Assembly: GCA_964513235.1 (NCBI GenBank)
Contig: CAZEMI010000124.1
Location: forward strand, 1,596-65,595
From: an uncultured Acidobacterium sp.
GTDB lineage: Bacteria > Acidobacteriota > Vicinamibacteria > Vicinamibacterales > UBA2999
Direction: 5' to 3'
DNA length: 64,000 bases
Each line of letters starts with the position of its first letter. Position 1 is the stretch's first letter. Below the pieces are notes generated by a model, which had not been told where the DNA came from, made no database searches, and worked only from the letters and a program-made list of their open reading frames with translations. Below, in pieces: positions 54,424 to 63,497 of this stretch. A program made the position numbers and the translations under genes.

Positions 54424-55391
54424 TATTGTCCTGCCATTTTCTTCCACAGCTGTTCGTAGGCGTCGACGTTCTCCCGCGTCACGACGTCGACGCCCGAGTC
54501 GATGATCGGCGACGCCGGCGGCTGACCCTTCTTGATGTCGCGCAGCAGCCGCACCGACTCGCTGCCCCAGCCGAAGTATTTCTGGCCGAGCAGCACGTGA
54601 ACCTTCCCTTCGCGCAACAGGTCGAGCGCCGGGCTGATGGTGTCAAACGAGATCACCTTGGTCTTCGAGCCATCAACGGCGGCCAGGGCATTGCGCGTAA
54701 ACACGGGCCATCCGCCCACTGAGATCCACGCGGAGAGATTGGGGTAACGGCGCGAACCGGTGGCGATGATCTCCGCGCAACGGAGCACGTCTTCCTTGAT
54801 GTCGTAGGTTTCGACGATCCGGATCCCTGGCGCCTTGGCGAGCGCCTCCCTGACGCCGTTCAAGCGATTCTGCAGGTTGGTGGCGCCGACACTCGTGATC
54901 AGCGCCACCGTGCCTGTGCCGTTCAGGAGCTCGATCGCCTGTTCGCCCATGACTTGCCCCGAGGCGAGATCGTCCACGCCGTAGAACGCGATGCGCTTTG
55001 ACTTTGGAGCGTCGGAGTCCCAGGTGGTGACCGGGATGCCGGCATCAATGGCGCGATTGATGGTCTCGGTGAGAAAGTCGCCGTTGAGCGCGGAAATGGC
55101 GATGCCATCGACGCGTTGCGTGATGTATGACTCGAGGATTTCCTTCTGCTTCAGCTGATCGGCCGAGGCCGGCGCGCTCCATAACACTTCGACGTCGCCG
55201 AATTCGGCCGCGGCCCGTTCGGCGCCGATCTTCGCGTAGTTGAACACCGGAATATCCAGGGCCTTCGGGATGATGGCGAACCGGAGCTTCTGCGGGTCCG
55301 TGTCGGTGCCAGCGCCCACCGCCGCATCGCGGCCGCAGCCGACCGCGGTGCATGCCACCAGAATCGCGATCGTGAATAGTCGAATGGTCAC
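54423..55391 (-). CDS. sugar ABC transporter substrate-binding lipoprotein (ribose/monosaccharide, RbsB-like)
   Basis: Lipobox VACTAVGCG. Periplasmic-binding-protein type I motifs are present (FAIIPKALDIPVFNY, VDGIAISALN). Confidence 0.85.
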   Translation of the reverse strand: MTIRLFTIAILVACTAVGCGRDAAVGAGTDTDPQKLRFAIIPKALDIPVFNYAKIGAERAAAEFGDVEVLWSAPASADQLKQKEILESYITQRVDGIAISALNGDFLTETINRAIDAGIPVTTWDSDAPKSKRIAFYGVDDLASGQVMGEQAIELLNGTGTVALITSVGATNLQNRLNGVREALAKAPGIRIVETYDIKEDVLRCAEIIATGSRRYPNLSAWISVGGWPVFTRNALAAVDGSKTKVISFDTISPALDLLREGKVHVLLGQKYFGWGSESVRLLRDIKKGQPPASPIIDSGVDVVTRENVDAYEQLWKKMAGQ

Positions 55392-56353
55392 GGTTTCGAA
55401 CCTCTTTTCAGCAGCAATTGATCGGCCACGACAATCGCGATGACGACGAGCCCGACGATGAGACGATCGTAAAAGGTCGCCCCGGGAATCTGGGGCAGGG
55501 CGTTGCGCAGCACCCCGAAAATCAACGTGCCGAGCACGGCGCCCATCACCGAACCGCGGCCGCCCGCGAGGCTCGCGCCCCCGACCACGGCGGAAGCGAT
55601 GATATCCAACTCGTATCCGGTCGCAAGGTCGGCCTTACCCTGGCCCTGCACGACGACCAGCACGACGCCGGCCATCGACGCCAGCACGGCGCCGACCAGG
55701 TAGACGGACGATTTCACGCGGCCGATCGCGATGCCTGAGAACAGCGCGGCCGTTTCGTTGCCGCCGATCGAAAACACCGAGCGGCCCCATTGAAACTTCG
55801 TCATGAGGATCTGAAAGACGATGGCCATCGCGAACATGACGATCGGCGCCAGCCAGTCGGCCGGCAATCCCAGCGGCCGGTATCCCGATCCGAGCCTGCT
55901 GGAGACGTCGTAATACTGCCCCTCGGTGATGATGAACGCGAGCCCGCGCGTGATGCCCATCACGCCCAGGGTGGCGATGAACGGCGGCAGCTTGACGATC
56001 ACCACCAGCGCCGAGGTCACGAGGCCGGCGGCGACGCCGACCAGGATGCCGGCGCCGGCGCTCGGCGCCAGCCCCCACTGATCGACGACAAACAGGTGGC
56101 CGGTGACGACGCCGGCGAGCGCGATGACCGCCCCCGGCGAGAGGTCGATGCCGCCGCTGATGATGATCACCGCGGCGCCCACCGCGGCGATGCCGTAGAT
56201 CGATGAGTACTTGAGAATCAGGACGGCGTTCTCGACATTGATGAACGGATGCGCGCGGCCGGCCTCGGGCCAGAGGTACCACGCAAAGAACAGCACTTCA
56301 GCGATGAGGATCGCCACCGTGCTGAGCTCGCGCATGCCCCGGAACTGTTTCAC
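55388..56353 (-). CDS. sugar ABC transporter permease (RbsC-like)
   Basis: Polytopic, with GGIDLSPGAVIALAGV and FSIGGNETAALFSGI motifs of the BPD_transp_2 family. 4-nt overlaps with both neighbours. Confidence 0.85.
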   Translation of the reverse strand: MKQFRGMRELSTVAILIAEVLFFAWYLWPEAGRAHPFINVENAVLILKYSSIYGIAAVGAAVIIISGGIDLSPGAVIALAGVVTGHLFVVDQWGLAPSAGAGILVGVAAGLVTSALVVIVKLPPFIATLGVMGITRGLAFIITEGQYYDVSSRLGSGYRPLGLPADWLAPIVMFAMAIVFQILMTKFQWGRSVFSIGGNETAALFSGIAIGRVKSSVYLVGAVLASMAGVVLVVVQGQGKADLATGYELDIIASAVVGGASLAGGRGSVMGAVLGTLIFGVLRNALPQIPGATFYDRLIVGLVVIAIVVADQLLLKRGSKP

Positions 56354-57927
56354 TCCGCCCTGCCCTGAGCGAGCGGTTCAGGCGCGTCGCGCCTGGACTG
56401 CGAGTCGAAGGGGTCATGTGTCGCGAGGTGCATGACGGCTTCTTCAGTGGCGGCGGGTCCAGGCAGCTCGCCCTGCAACGCGCCTTCTTTCATCACGAGG
56501 ATGCGATCGGAGAGCGCGAGGATTTCCGGCAGGTCGCTCGACACCACGAGCACGGCCAGCCCGTCGGCCGCCTGGCGCCGGATCATTTCGTGGATCTCGA
56601 ACTTTGCGCCCACGTCCACGCCCTTGGTCGGCTCGTCGAGCAATAGCACGCGGGGATTGGCGGCCAGCCATTTCGCGAGCACTACCTTCTGCTGGTTGCC
56701 GCCGCTCAAGCTGTCGGGCGCGGCATCGACCCCGGCCGCCCTGATTCGCCACGTCTGGAGGAGGCCGGCCGCGACGCCGATTTCCTCCTGCTCGTGCATC
56801 AGCCACTGACGCTTGACGGCGCAGCTGGCCAGCACGAGGTTGTGGCGAAGCGTGAGATTGAAAAACAGCCCCTGGCGTTGGCGTTCTTCCGGCACCAGCG
56901 CGATGCCGGCCCGCACCGCTTCCCGCGCGGAGCCGAAGCCCGACGCGGTGCCGGCGATGTCGATCCGGCCCGATTGGGCGCGGTGCAGGCCAAAGATCGT
57001 TTCGAGTAGCTCCGAGCGACCCGATCCGACCAGACCAAACAGGCCGACGATTTCGCCGCGCGCGACGTTCAGCGAGATGTCGTGGAAGTGCGGCGGGCGG
57101 GAGAGATTGTGGATCGAGAGACCGTTGCGGTTTGCATCCGCGCTGTGGTCCGCCTTCGCACGAAGCGCGTCCGATTCTTGCGCGCTTCGTGCTACGGCGG
57201 ATCGTGCCGGGAGATCACGACCCACCATGGCGCGGACGATGTCGCCAGGCGCGACGGTGTGACGGTCGTACGTGCCCACCAGCTCCCCGTCGCGCAGTAC
57301 CGAGATGCGATCGCACAGCCGGAACACTTCCGGCAGCCGATGCGATACATACACCAGCGTCGTGCCGCCGCGTTGCAGCTCGCGCAACACGTCGAACAGG
57401 TGATCCGCTTCCGAATCGGTGAGCGCGGTGGTCGGCTCGTCGAGCACGAGGATCTGGCATTCGAACGCCAGGGCCCGGGCCACCTGCAGCAGCTGGCGAT
57501 GCGCGGCGGACAGGTATTCCGCGGGGGTGTCCGGATCGATGCCCAGCGACAGTCGATCGAGCAGCGCCACCGTGCGCGCGCGCATCGCCGCTTCATCGAG
57601 CCTGCCGTAGCGGCACATCTCGCGGCCCGCGAAGATGTTGCCCGACACGGTGAGGTTGGGAAAGCACAGCGTCTCCTGGTAGACCATGCCGATGCCTTGT
57701 TCGATGGCCTGTCTGGGACTGGCGTGATCGAGGCGCCGGCCCTGCCAGCGGATTTCGCCCTCGTCGGGGGCCACGAGGCCGGCCAGGATCTTCAGCAGCG
57801 TCGACTTGCCGGCGCCGTTCTCGCCCACCAGCGCGTGCGCGCTGCCGGCGGCCACATCGATGCTGACGCCCCGCAGCGCATGGATGGCGCCAAAAGATTT
57901 GCGAATGCCGCTGAACTGCAGACTCAC
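56350..57927 (-). CDS. sugar ABC transporter ATP-binding protein, duplicated ATPase (RbsA-like)
   Basis: Two nucleotide-binding domains: GENGAGKSTLLK...LVLDEPT and GLVGSGRSEL...LSGGNQQKVVLAKW...LLLDEPT. Confidence 0.9.
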   Translation of the reverse strand: MSLQFSGIRKSFGAIHALRGVSIDVAAGSAHALVGENGAGKSTLLKILAGLVAPDEGEIRWQGRRLDHASPRQAIEQGIGMVYQETLCFPNLTVSGNIFAGREMCRYGRLDEAAMRARTVALLDRLSLGIDPDTPAEYLSAAHRQLLQVARALAFECQILVLDEPTTALTDSEADHLFDVLRELQRGGTTLVYVSHRLPEVFRLCDRISVLRDGELVGTYDRHTVAPGDIVRAMVGRDLPARSAVARSAQESDALRAKADHSADANRNGLSIHNLSRPPHFHDISLNVARGEIVGLFGLVGSGRSELLETIFGLHRAQSGRIDIAGTASGFGSAREAVRAGIALVPEERQRQGLFFNLTLRHNLVLASCAVKRQWLMHEQEEIGVAAGLLQTWRIRAAGVDAAPDSLSGGNQQKVVLAKWLAANPRVLLLDEPTKGVDVGAKFEIHEMIRRQAADGLAVLVVSSDLPEILALSDRILVMKEGALQGELPGPAATEEAVMHLATHDPFDSQSRRDAPEPLAQGRAE

Positions 57928-57953
57928 CGCGCAGATGGTAGCCTACGGGACGC

Positions 57954-59096
57954 ATGAAGATCCGACTGGCCTGGTGTCTCCTCCCGTTACTCGCGATAGG
58001 CTGTGGAACGCAGCCCCCGGCCGAACCGGCGGCGGCGCCGCCGATGCCGAACATGACCCGCGCCCCTTTTGGCAAGACAGCCGACGGCCAGGCGGTGGAC
58101 GCGTTCACGTTGAAGAACGCGAATGGCATCGAGGTGCAGGCCATCACCTACGGCGGCATCATCACCTCGCTCAAGGTGCCGGATCGCAACGGCACGATCG
58201 GCGACATCGTGCTCGGCTTCGACGCGATCGACGGCTACGTGAAGGGCCATCCGTTCTTCGGCGCGATCATCGGGCGCTACGGCAACCGCATCGCGAAAGG
58301 GCGTTTCTCGATCGACCAGCAGGAATACACGCTGGCCACCAACAACGGCCCCAACCACCTGCACGGCGGCGTGCGCGGCTTCGACAAGCACGTGTGGCAG
58401 GCGGACATCCTGACCGAGAACTCGCTGCGCTTGTCGCGCGTCAGTCCCGACGGCGAGGAAGGCTACCCGGGCAACTTGCGGGTGGAGGTGATCTACAGCC
58501 TCACCAACTACAACGAGCTGATCGTCGATTACACCGCCACCACCGATCTGCCGACGCACGTGAACCTCACCCAGCACAGTTACTTCAATCTCGCGGGACC
58601 CGGCGCCGACATCCTTGGCCACGAGCTGATGATCGACGCCGACCGTTACACGCCGGTCACCAGCGAGTTGATTCCCACCGGCGAGCTCGCGGCGGTGGCG
58701 GGCACGCCGTTCGATTTCCGCACGCCCACCACGATTGGCGCCCGCATCAATGCGCCGCATCCGCAAATCAAGAACGGGCAGGGCTACGACCACAACTGGG
58801 TGTTGAACCGGGAAGGCACCGCGCTGGAGCTGGCCGCGCGCGTGCTGGAGCCGAGCTCGGGACGCACGATGGAAGTAGCAACCACCGAACCCGGCATGCA
58901 GTTCTACGCCGGCAACTTCCTGGACGGCACGATCGTGGGCAAGGGCGGCGCCACGTACGGGCGCCGCAGCGGGTTCTGCCTGGAGACGCAGCACTTTCCG
59001 GACACGCCGAACCAGCCGGACTTTCCGTCGACGCTGCTTCGTCCCGGCGCAACTTACACCTCGAGAACTGTTTTCAAATTCGGCGTCAGCAAATAA
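57954..59096 (+). CDS. galM: aldose 1-epimerase (galactose mutarotase), lipoprotein
   Basis: Lipobox LLAIGCG. GRYGNRIAKGRF...NNGPNHLHGG..GFDK.VW and TQHSYFNL are typical mutarotase motifs. Confidence 0.9.
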   Translation: MKIRLAWCLLPLLAIGCGTQPPAEPAAAPPMPNMTRAPFGKTADGQAVDAFTLKNANGIEVQAITYGGIITSLKVPDRNGTIGDIVLGFDAIDGYVKGHPFFGAIIGRYGNRIAKGRFSIDQQEYTLATNNGPNHLHGGVRGFDKHVWQADILTENSLRLSRVSPDGEEGYPGNLRVEVIYSLTNYNELIVDYTATTDLPTHVNLTQHSYFNLAGPGADILGHELMIDADRYTPVTSELIPTGELAAVAGTPFDFRTPTTIGARINAPHPQIKNGQGYDHNWVLNREGTALELAARVLEPSSGRTMEVATTEPGMQFYAGNFLDGTIVGKGGATYGRRSGFCLETQHFPDTPNQPDFPSTLLRPGATYTSRTVFKFGVSK

Positions 59097-59097
59097 T

Positions 59098-59252
59098 GTT
59101 AGATCGGGGTCAGACCCCCATTTCTGACCTCGCTCACGTAGCTTGGTCGTGCAAAGTGTGCTGACCCGAGTCATCGTACGCAGCTGCCGCAACTAGTACG
59201 CAGTTCTCGAATCATCACGATGTTAGAAATCAGGGTCTGACCCCGATCTAAC
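59098..59252. mobile_element. 155-bp MITE-like element with 20-bp perfect terminal inverted repeats
   Basis: The left end GTTAGATCGGGGTCAGACCC (59098-59117) is the exact reverse complement of 59233-59252, and similarity extends to 28 of 31 nt. It has no coding capacity. It sits between convergent galM and kinase genes and overlaps the kinase stop by 5 nt. Confidence 0.45.
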
Positions 59253-60828
59253 CGATCGCCCGGCGATCTTTGTGCAGCCGCTCGAGGATCGAATACTCGC
59301 GGCGGAGTTCTTCGTACAACGTGACGAGTTTCGGATTGGGCGAGACGCGGTGGCCAGGGTTCGGTTCGGTAAACCCGCTCACCACGGTTTTCCACGACAC
59401 CGGCTCGCCGGCGGCGAGACGCTCGGCGTGAAACGCGCGCAGCGCCGCGCCAAGCGCCGCTGAATTGCCGACGTCGAGGCGATACACGTCGACTCCGAAC
59501 ACGTTCGACATCACCTGCAGGAGGGCGCGGTTAGCGGCGGCGCCGCCAGTGGCGATGATGCGCTCGATCGGCCCGGCGGCGACGTCGGCGGCGTGATTGG
59601 CCATGGCCATCATCTGGCCTTCGACGAGTCCACGCACGTTCCTGCCCACATCCAGCCGATCGAAGCCGAACCGCCTGACCCCGGCGTGCGGCACGTGCGG
59701 CGTGATTTCGGTCTCGAGCCACGGCAGCATCACGTATCCGTCGTTGCCCGGCCGCTCGTCGAGCAGGTGGGCGAACGTGTCCCAATCCAGCCGATGCTCG
59801 AACCGGATCCACTCGCGGGCGAGCGAGCCGTTGCGGAAGCACACCAGGCTCATGAACTCACCGGTGGGCGATCGAAAGACGTGCGCGGGCCTCGGCCCGG
59901 GATGCGGTGTGCACGCAAACACCGTGTCGCTGGTGCCCAGTGATACGGCGAGGATGCCCGGACCAATGACGCCGGTGCCGACGAGGCTGCCGGGATTGTC
60001 GCCCGACCAGTTGACGCTCGCCGCGGGTGGAAAGGCATAGCGCTTCTGCCAGTACGACGAGAGCCGCCCCGCGCTCTCCCACGATGGGCGAATCGGCGGC
60101 AGCTTCTCGAGAAGATCGGGCGCGGTGGCCTCGATCGCGGCCGGCGACCAGGCGTTCGACGACAGATCCATCAAGTTCATGCCCGATGCGTCGCCGGGAT
60201 CGAGCGGCCCGGCGGCACCAAGCAGCAACGTGCCCATGAACGAGCTCACCAGGTGGATGCGCGCCGTGGCGGCGTAGGCGTCGGGCTGCTCTTTGTGGAA
60301 CTTGCGGATCTGCGGCCCGGTGAATCTCTCGTAGGCGGGCGATCCGGTGATGGCCTGCAGCGTCTCGGCGCCGCCCATCGCCGCTTCGATCTCGCGGCAT
60401 TCCCGAGTGGTGCTCGCGTCGAGCCACACGGGCGCTTCGCGGCGCGCGAAGATCGTGCCCAGCTGCGGCGCCAGGGGCGCGGCCGGATCCAGCTGTGACA
60501 GCACGGCATCGGCACTGCGATTGAGGTAAACGCTGCCGTGCTGCTGCGCCGATCCGGAAATGGCGCGGATGTTCTCGATGTCGACCTCGGCGGCCGAGGC
60601 CAGGGCGCCCAAGACCCGGTCGAGCGCGTCGGCCCACATTTGCGGCGACGAGTACACCACACCCGGTTCATCACCCTGCCGGACGCCGGCAGTGGTGCTG
60701 TACTCAGGCAGATCGCGATCGAAGTTCAGCGAGTGCTGGAAGACGATGCGCCGGTCGTGCTCCGTAATCTCGACGACGATCGCAGTGAGGCTCTGCGTGC
60801 TGGCGTCGAGACCCAGATAGAGAGACAT
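59248..60828 (-). CDS. FGGY-family carbohydrate kinase, xylulokinase-like
   Basis: MSLYLGLDASTQSLTA..., SGSAQQHGSVYL and GGAAANRALLQVMSNVFG fit FGGY N- and C-terminal domains. It is of the long (526 aa) xylulokinase type. Confidence 0.85.
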   Translation of the reverse strand: MSLYLGLDASTQSLTAIVVEITEHDRRIVFQHSLNFDRDLPEYSTTAGVRQGDEPGVVYSSPQMWADALDRVLGALASAAEVDIENIRAISGSAQQHGSVYLNRSADAVLSQLDPAAPLAPQLGTIFARREAPVWLDASTTRECREIEAAMGGAETLQAITGSPAYERFTGPQIRKFHKEQPDAYAATARIHLVSSFMGTLLLGAAGPLDPGDASGMNLMDLSSNAWSPAAIEATAPDLLEKLPPIRPSWESAGRLSSYWQKRYAFPPAASVNWSGDNPGSLVGTGVIGPGILAVSLGTSDTVFACTPHPGPRPAHVFRSPTGEFMSLVCFRNGSLAREWIRFEHRLDWDTFAHLLDERPGNDGYVMLPWLETEITPHVPHAGVRRFGFDRLDVGRNVRGLVEGQMMAMANHAADVAAGPIERIIATGGAAANRALLQVMSNVFGVDVYRLDVGNSAALGAALRAFHAERLAAGEPVSWKTVVSGFTEPNPGHRVSPNPKLVTLYEELRREYSILERLHKDRRAIG

Positions 60829-60829
60829 G

Positions 60830-60893
60830 TGAATCTGGTGATCTGTTGATCTGTTGATCTGTTGATCTGTTGATCTATTGATCTATTGATCTA
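60830..60893. repeat. octamer tandem repeat TTGATCTG/TTGATCTA x8 occupying the whole intergenic gap
   Basis: TGAATCTG GTGATCTG (TTGATCTG)x3 (TTGATCTA)x3. It contains seven GATC sites at 8-bp spacing. The last unit supplies the GH127 stop codon, and the first ends 1 nt before the kinase ATG. Confidence 0.9.
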
Positions 60894-63407
60894 CTTCACC
60901 CTCCATTCTTGCAGGCCGGCCGAGAATCCCGGCTGCATCGTCAGTTCAATTCGCAGCGCGGCCGTGGTGACGGGTGAGAAGGTGACGGGGTTCCACGCAT
61001 TGCGCGCCACGCCGTACGCATCCTTGGTCTCGATCGTCACCCAGTTCGTGCCGGACTTGTAGAGCAGCCGCCACGACGCGGGCACGCGCACGCCGCCGCG
61101 GCCGGTGTCGTCGAACCAATAGACCTCGGCGCTCGACACCGTGGCCGGCTTCTCAAAGGTCAACTCGACAAATTCGTTCGCGCTGCCCTGCACCGGCCAC
61201 CAGTCGAAGTACGCGGTCGAGTCCGCGGAATTCGCGGGCTCTTCACCGTCGATGATGTTGCGCGGGTTCTTGCCGCGACCGTTCGGCAGCGGCGAGGCCG
61301 TGATGGTGGCGGTGGTGACAACGGTCGGGAAGGGCGTGGGGCGCGCGGCCGCATCGGCACGCGCCAGCCACACCGCCATTTGCCCGCGGCCGCGATTGGC
61401 CCACGTCGCGTACGGAATGGCCATGAACGGCTGCTCGGTGCGTTGCACCGCGCCCTTGGCATCGAAGGCCAGTCCCACCGCGCGCCCGGTGATCACCTGC
61501 ACGCCGTTCAACAGGTCGCGCCGATACTCGCTGCGGAGCGCGTTGCCGTCGGGCAAGACGATGTTGCGGACCTTGCCGTTGGGATTGTCGGGCCATTCGG
61601 CGGCGAAGACGATCGGCCCGCGCTGCAAGGCGACGCGGCCGCGATTGGCCATCACCTGCGGATTCGCTGCCACGCGCCGCACCGGCATCGGCAAGTCCAG
61701 CGTGATCACGTCGCCGGCCGCCCACGTGCGGTCGATGGTGGCGAAGCCGTTGGTGAGTGCCGTCGAGACCGGCGTGCCGTTGACGCGGACGGTGGCCGGC
61801 GGCACATCGATTTCGTCCGTGAAGCGGTAGAGATCGCTCGGTACCGGCTCGTGACGCGCCCAGCCGGGAATGCGGACGTTGATCGCAAACCGTTGCGGAC
61901 GCGGCGGTTTGATCGTCAACTTCACCGCGCCGTCCCAGGGATACCGCGTATCCTGATCGATCGTCACCGCGCCGCCGGGCAGATCGATGGTCGCGGTGCC
62001 GCGCGCGAACAGGTTGACGAACACCGAATCTCCGCGGGTCGCATACACATAGCCGGGGACCGACGGCATGAACCGGGTGATGTTGCCGGGACAACACGCC
62101 ACGCCAAACCACTCCTGCCGCGCATGCTGGCCGTTGGACTCGAGCGGGTTCGGATAGAAAAAGGTCTTGCCGTCGAGCGACACGCCCGACAGCAGGCCGT
62201 TGAACAGCGTGCGTTCCATCACGTCGATGTATTTGGCGTCGCCTTCGAGCAGAAACAGGCGATGGTTCCAGAAGTCCATGCCCACCGACGCGCAGGTTTC
62301 GTTATACGCGGTCATGTTCGGCAGCTCGTAGGGCTGTCCGAACGCCTCGCCACTGCCGGATGCGCCGATGCCGCCGGTGAGATACAGCTTGCTCGTGATC
62401 AGGTAGTCCCAGATGCGTTTGCCGGCCGCGCGCATCGCCTGATCGCCGGTGACGGCGGCGACGTCCGCCATGCCCGAATACATGTAGACGGCGCGCACCG
62501 CGTGGCCCACCGGCTCGCTCTGTTCGATCACCTTCAAATGCGCCTGGTTGTAATTGAGGCCGCGCGGATTGGCGCGTTCCCCCTCAGGGAACGGACCCGG
62601 GCCGCGCTGGTCGAGCAGGAACTTCGCGAGGTCGAGATACGCCTGTTTCCCCGTGACGCGATACAGCTTCACCAGCGCCATCTCGGTGATCTGATGTCCC
62701 GGCCACGTGGTCCGCTTGCCGGGACCGAACGTGTTGACGAGCAGATCCGCGGCCTTGATGGCGACATCGAGCAGCGTGCGTTTGCCAGTGGAGTGGTGAT
62801 GCGCCACCGCGGCTTCGAACAGGTGGCCGAGGTTGTACAGCTCGTGGCTGTCGTCGCGCTCGAGCACCCAGCGTTCGGCGCCGGCCCAGCGATGCGGGCT
62901 CTTCGGATCGATCGTGCGCGTGGTGTAGAGATAGCCGTCCGGTTCCTGCGCCGCGGCAATCTTGGCGATCAGGCCATCGACGTACGCATCCAGCTTGGGG
63001 TCGGCCGTGACGCTCAGCGAGTAAGACGCGCCTTCGATCACCTTGTAGAGATCGGTTTCGTCGAACGGGTAGCCGGGCGGACGCTTGTCGACCGTGGCGT
63101 CGCCGCGCAACACCGCCGCCGCGCGATCGAAGAGCGCCACCCGTCCCGTGAGCTCGCACTGTTCGAACGCCGACGGAATGCTGGACGTACGGTTGATCTC
63201 GATGCGCGGCGCCCAGAAATCGTCGTTCAGGTGGACGGCGGTAAAGGCGACCGGCTTGATCGGATAGTCGGGTGTGGCCTGGGCCCCTGTCTGCGCGAAG
63301 AGGTTGAAGTTGATCGGCGCGCCTTCGCACGCGACTTGCGCGGCGGTGGCGACGGCCGCGACGGCAACCAGGACCAGCACGATTCGCAGTTTCCGCCGCT
63401 CTGTCAT
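60891..63407 (-). CDS. GH127 beta-L-arabinofuranosidase-like glycoside hydrolase with C-terminal discoidin (F5/8 type C)-like domain
   Basis: Signal peptide. DUF1680 motifs are present (VHLNDDFWAPRI, ETCASVGMDFWNHRL, GVACCPGNITRF). The C-terminal 150 aa or so (IIDGEEPANSADS...VELTFEKPATVSSAEVYWFDD...ALRIEL) are carbohydrate-binding-like. Confidence 0.85.
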   Translation of the reverse strand: MTERRKLRIVLVLVAVAAVATAAQVACEGAPINFNLFAQTGAQATPDYPIKPVAFTAVHLNDDFWAPRIEINRTSSIPSAFEQCELTGRVALFDRAAAVLRGDATVDKRPPGYPFDETDLYKVIEGASYSLSVTADPKLDAYVDGLIAKIAAAQEPDGYLYTTRTIDPKSPHRWAGAERWVLERDDSHELYNLGHLFEAAVAHHHSTGKRTLLDVAIKAADLLVNTFGPGKRTTWPGHQITEMALVKLYRVTGKQAYLDLAKFLLDQRGPGPFPEGERANPRGLNYNQAHLKVIEQSEPVGHAVRAVYMYSGMADVAAVTGDQAMRAAGKRIWDYLITSKLYLTGGIGASGSGEAFGQPYELPNMTAYNETCASVGMDFWNHRLFLLEGDAKYIDVMERTLFNGLLSGVSLDGKTFFYPNPLESNGQHARQEWFGVACCPGNITRFMPSVPGYVYATRGDSVFVNLFARGTATIDLPGGAVTIDQDTRYPWDGAVKLTIKPPRPQRFAINVRIPGWARHEPVPSDLYRFTDEIDVPPATVRVNGTPVSTALTNGFATIDRTWAAGDVITLDLPMPVRRVAANPQVMANRGRVALQRGPIVFAAEWPDNPNGKVRNIVLPDGNALRSEYRRDLLNGVQVITGRAVGLAFDAKGAVQRTEQPFMAIPYATWANRGRGQMAVWLARADAAARPTPFPTVVTTATITASPLPNGRGKNPRNIIDGEEPANSADSTAYFDWWPVQGSANEFVELTFEKPATVSSAEVYWFDDTGRGGVRVPASWRLLYKSGTNWVTIETKDAYGVARNAWNPVTFSPVTTAALRIELTMQPGFSAGLQEWRVK

Positions 63408-63457
63408 GGGGCGGATGATATCCTCCTTCGCGCCTGCGGCGCTGCGGCGGGACTCCG

Positions 63458-63484
63458 TCCACCGAGGCGGCCGCCTCGGGTGGA
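63458..63484. promoter_or_regulatory. GC-rich 13-bp-arm palindrome in divergent promoter region
   Basis: TCCACCGAGGCGG/CCGCCTCGGGTGGA, with one bulged G. It is flanked by direct GACTCCG repeats at 63451 and 63483. It lies between the GH127 start (63407) and the isomerase start (63498). Confidence 0.3.
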
Positions 63485-63497
63485 CTCCGGAGGAATC

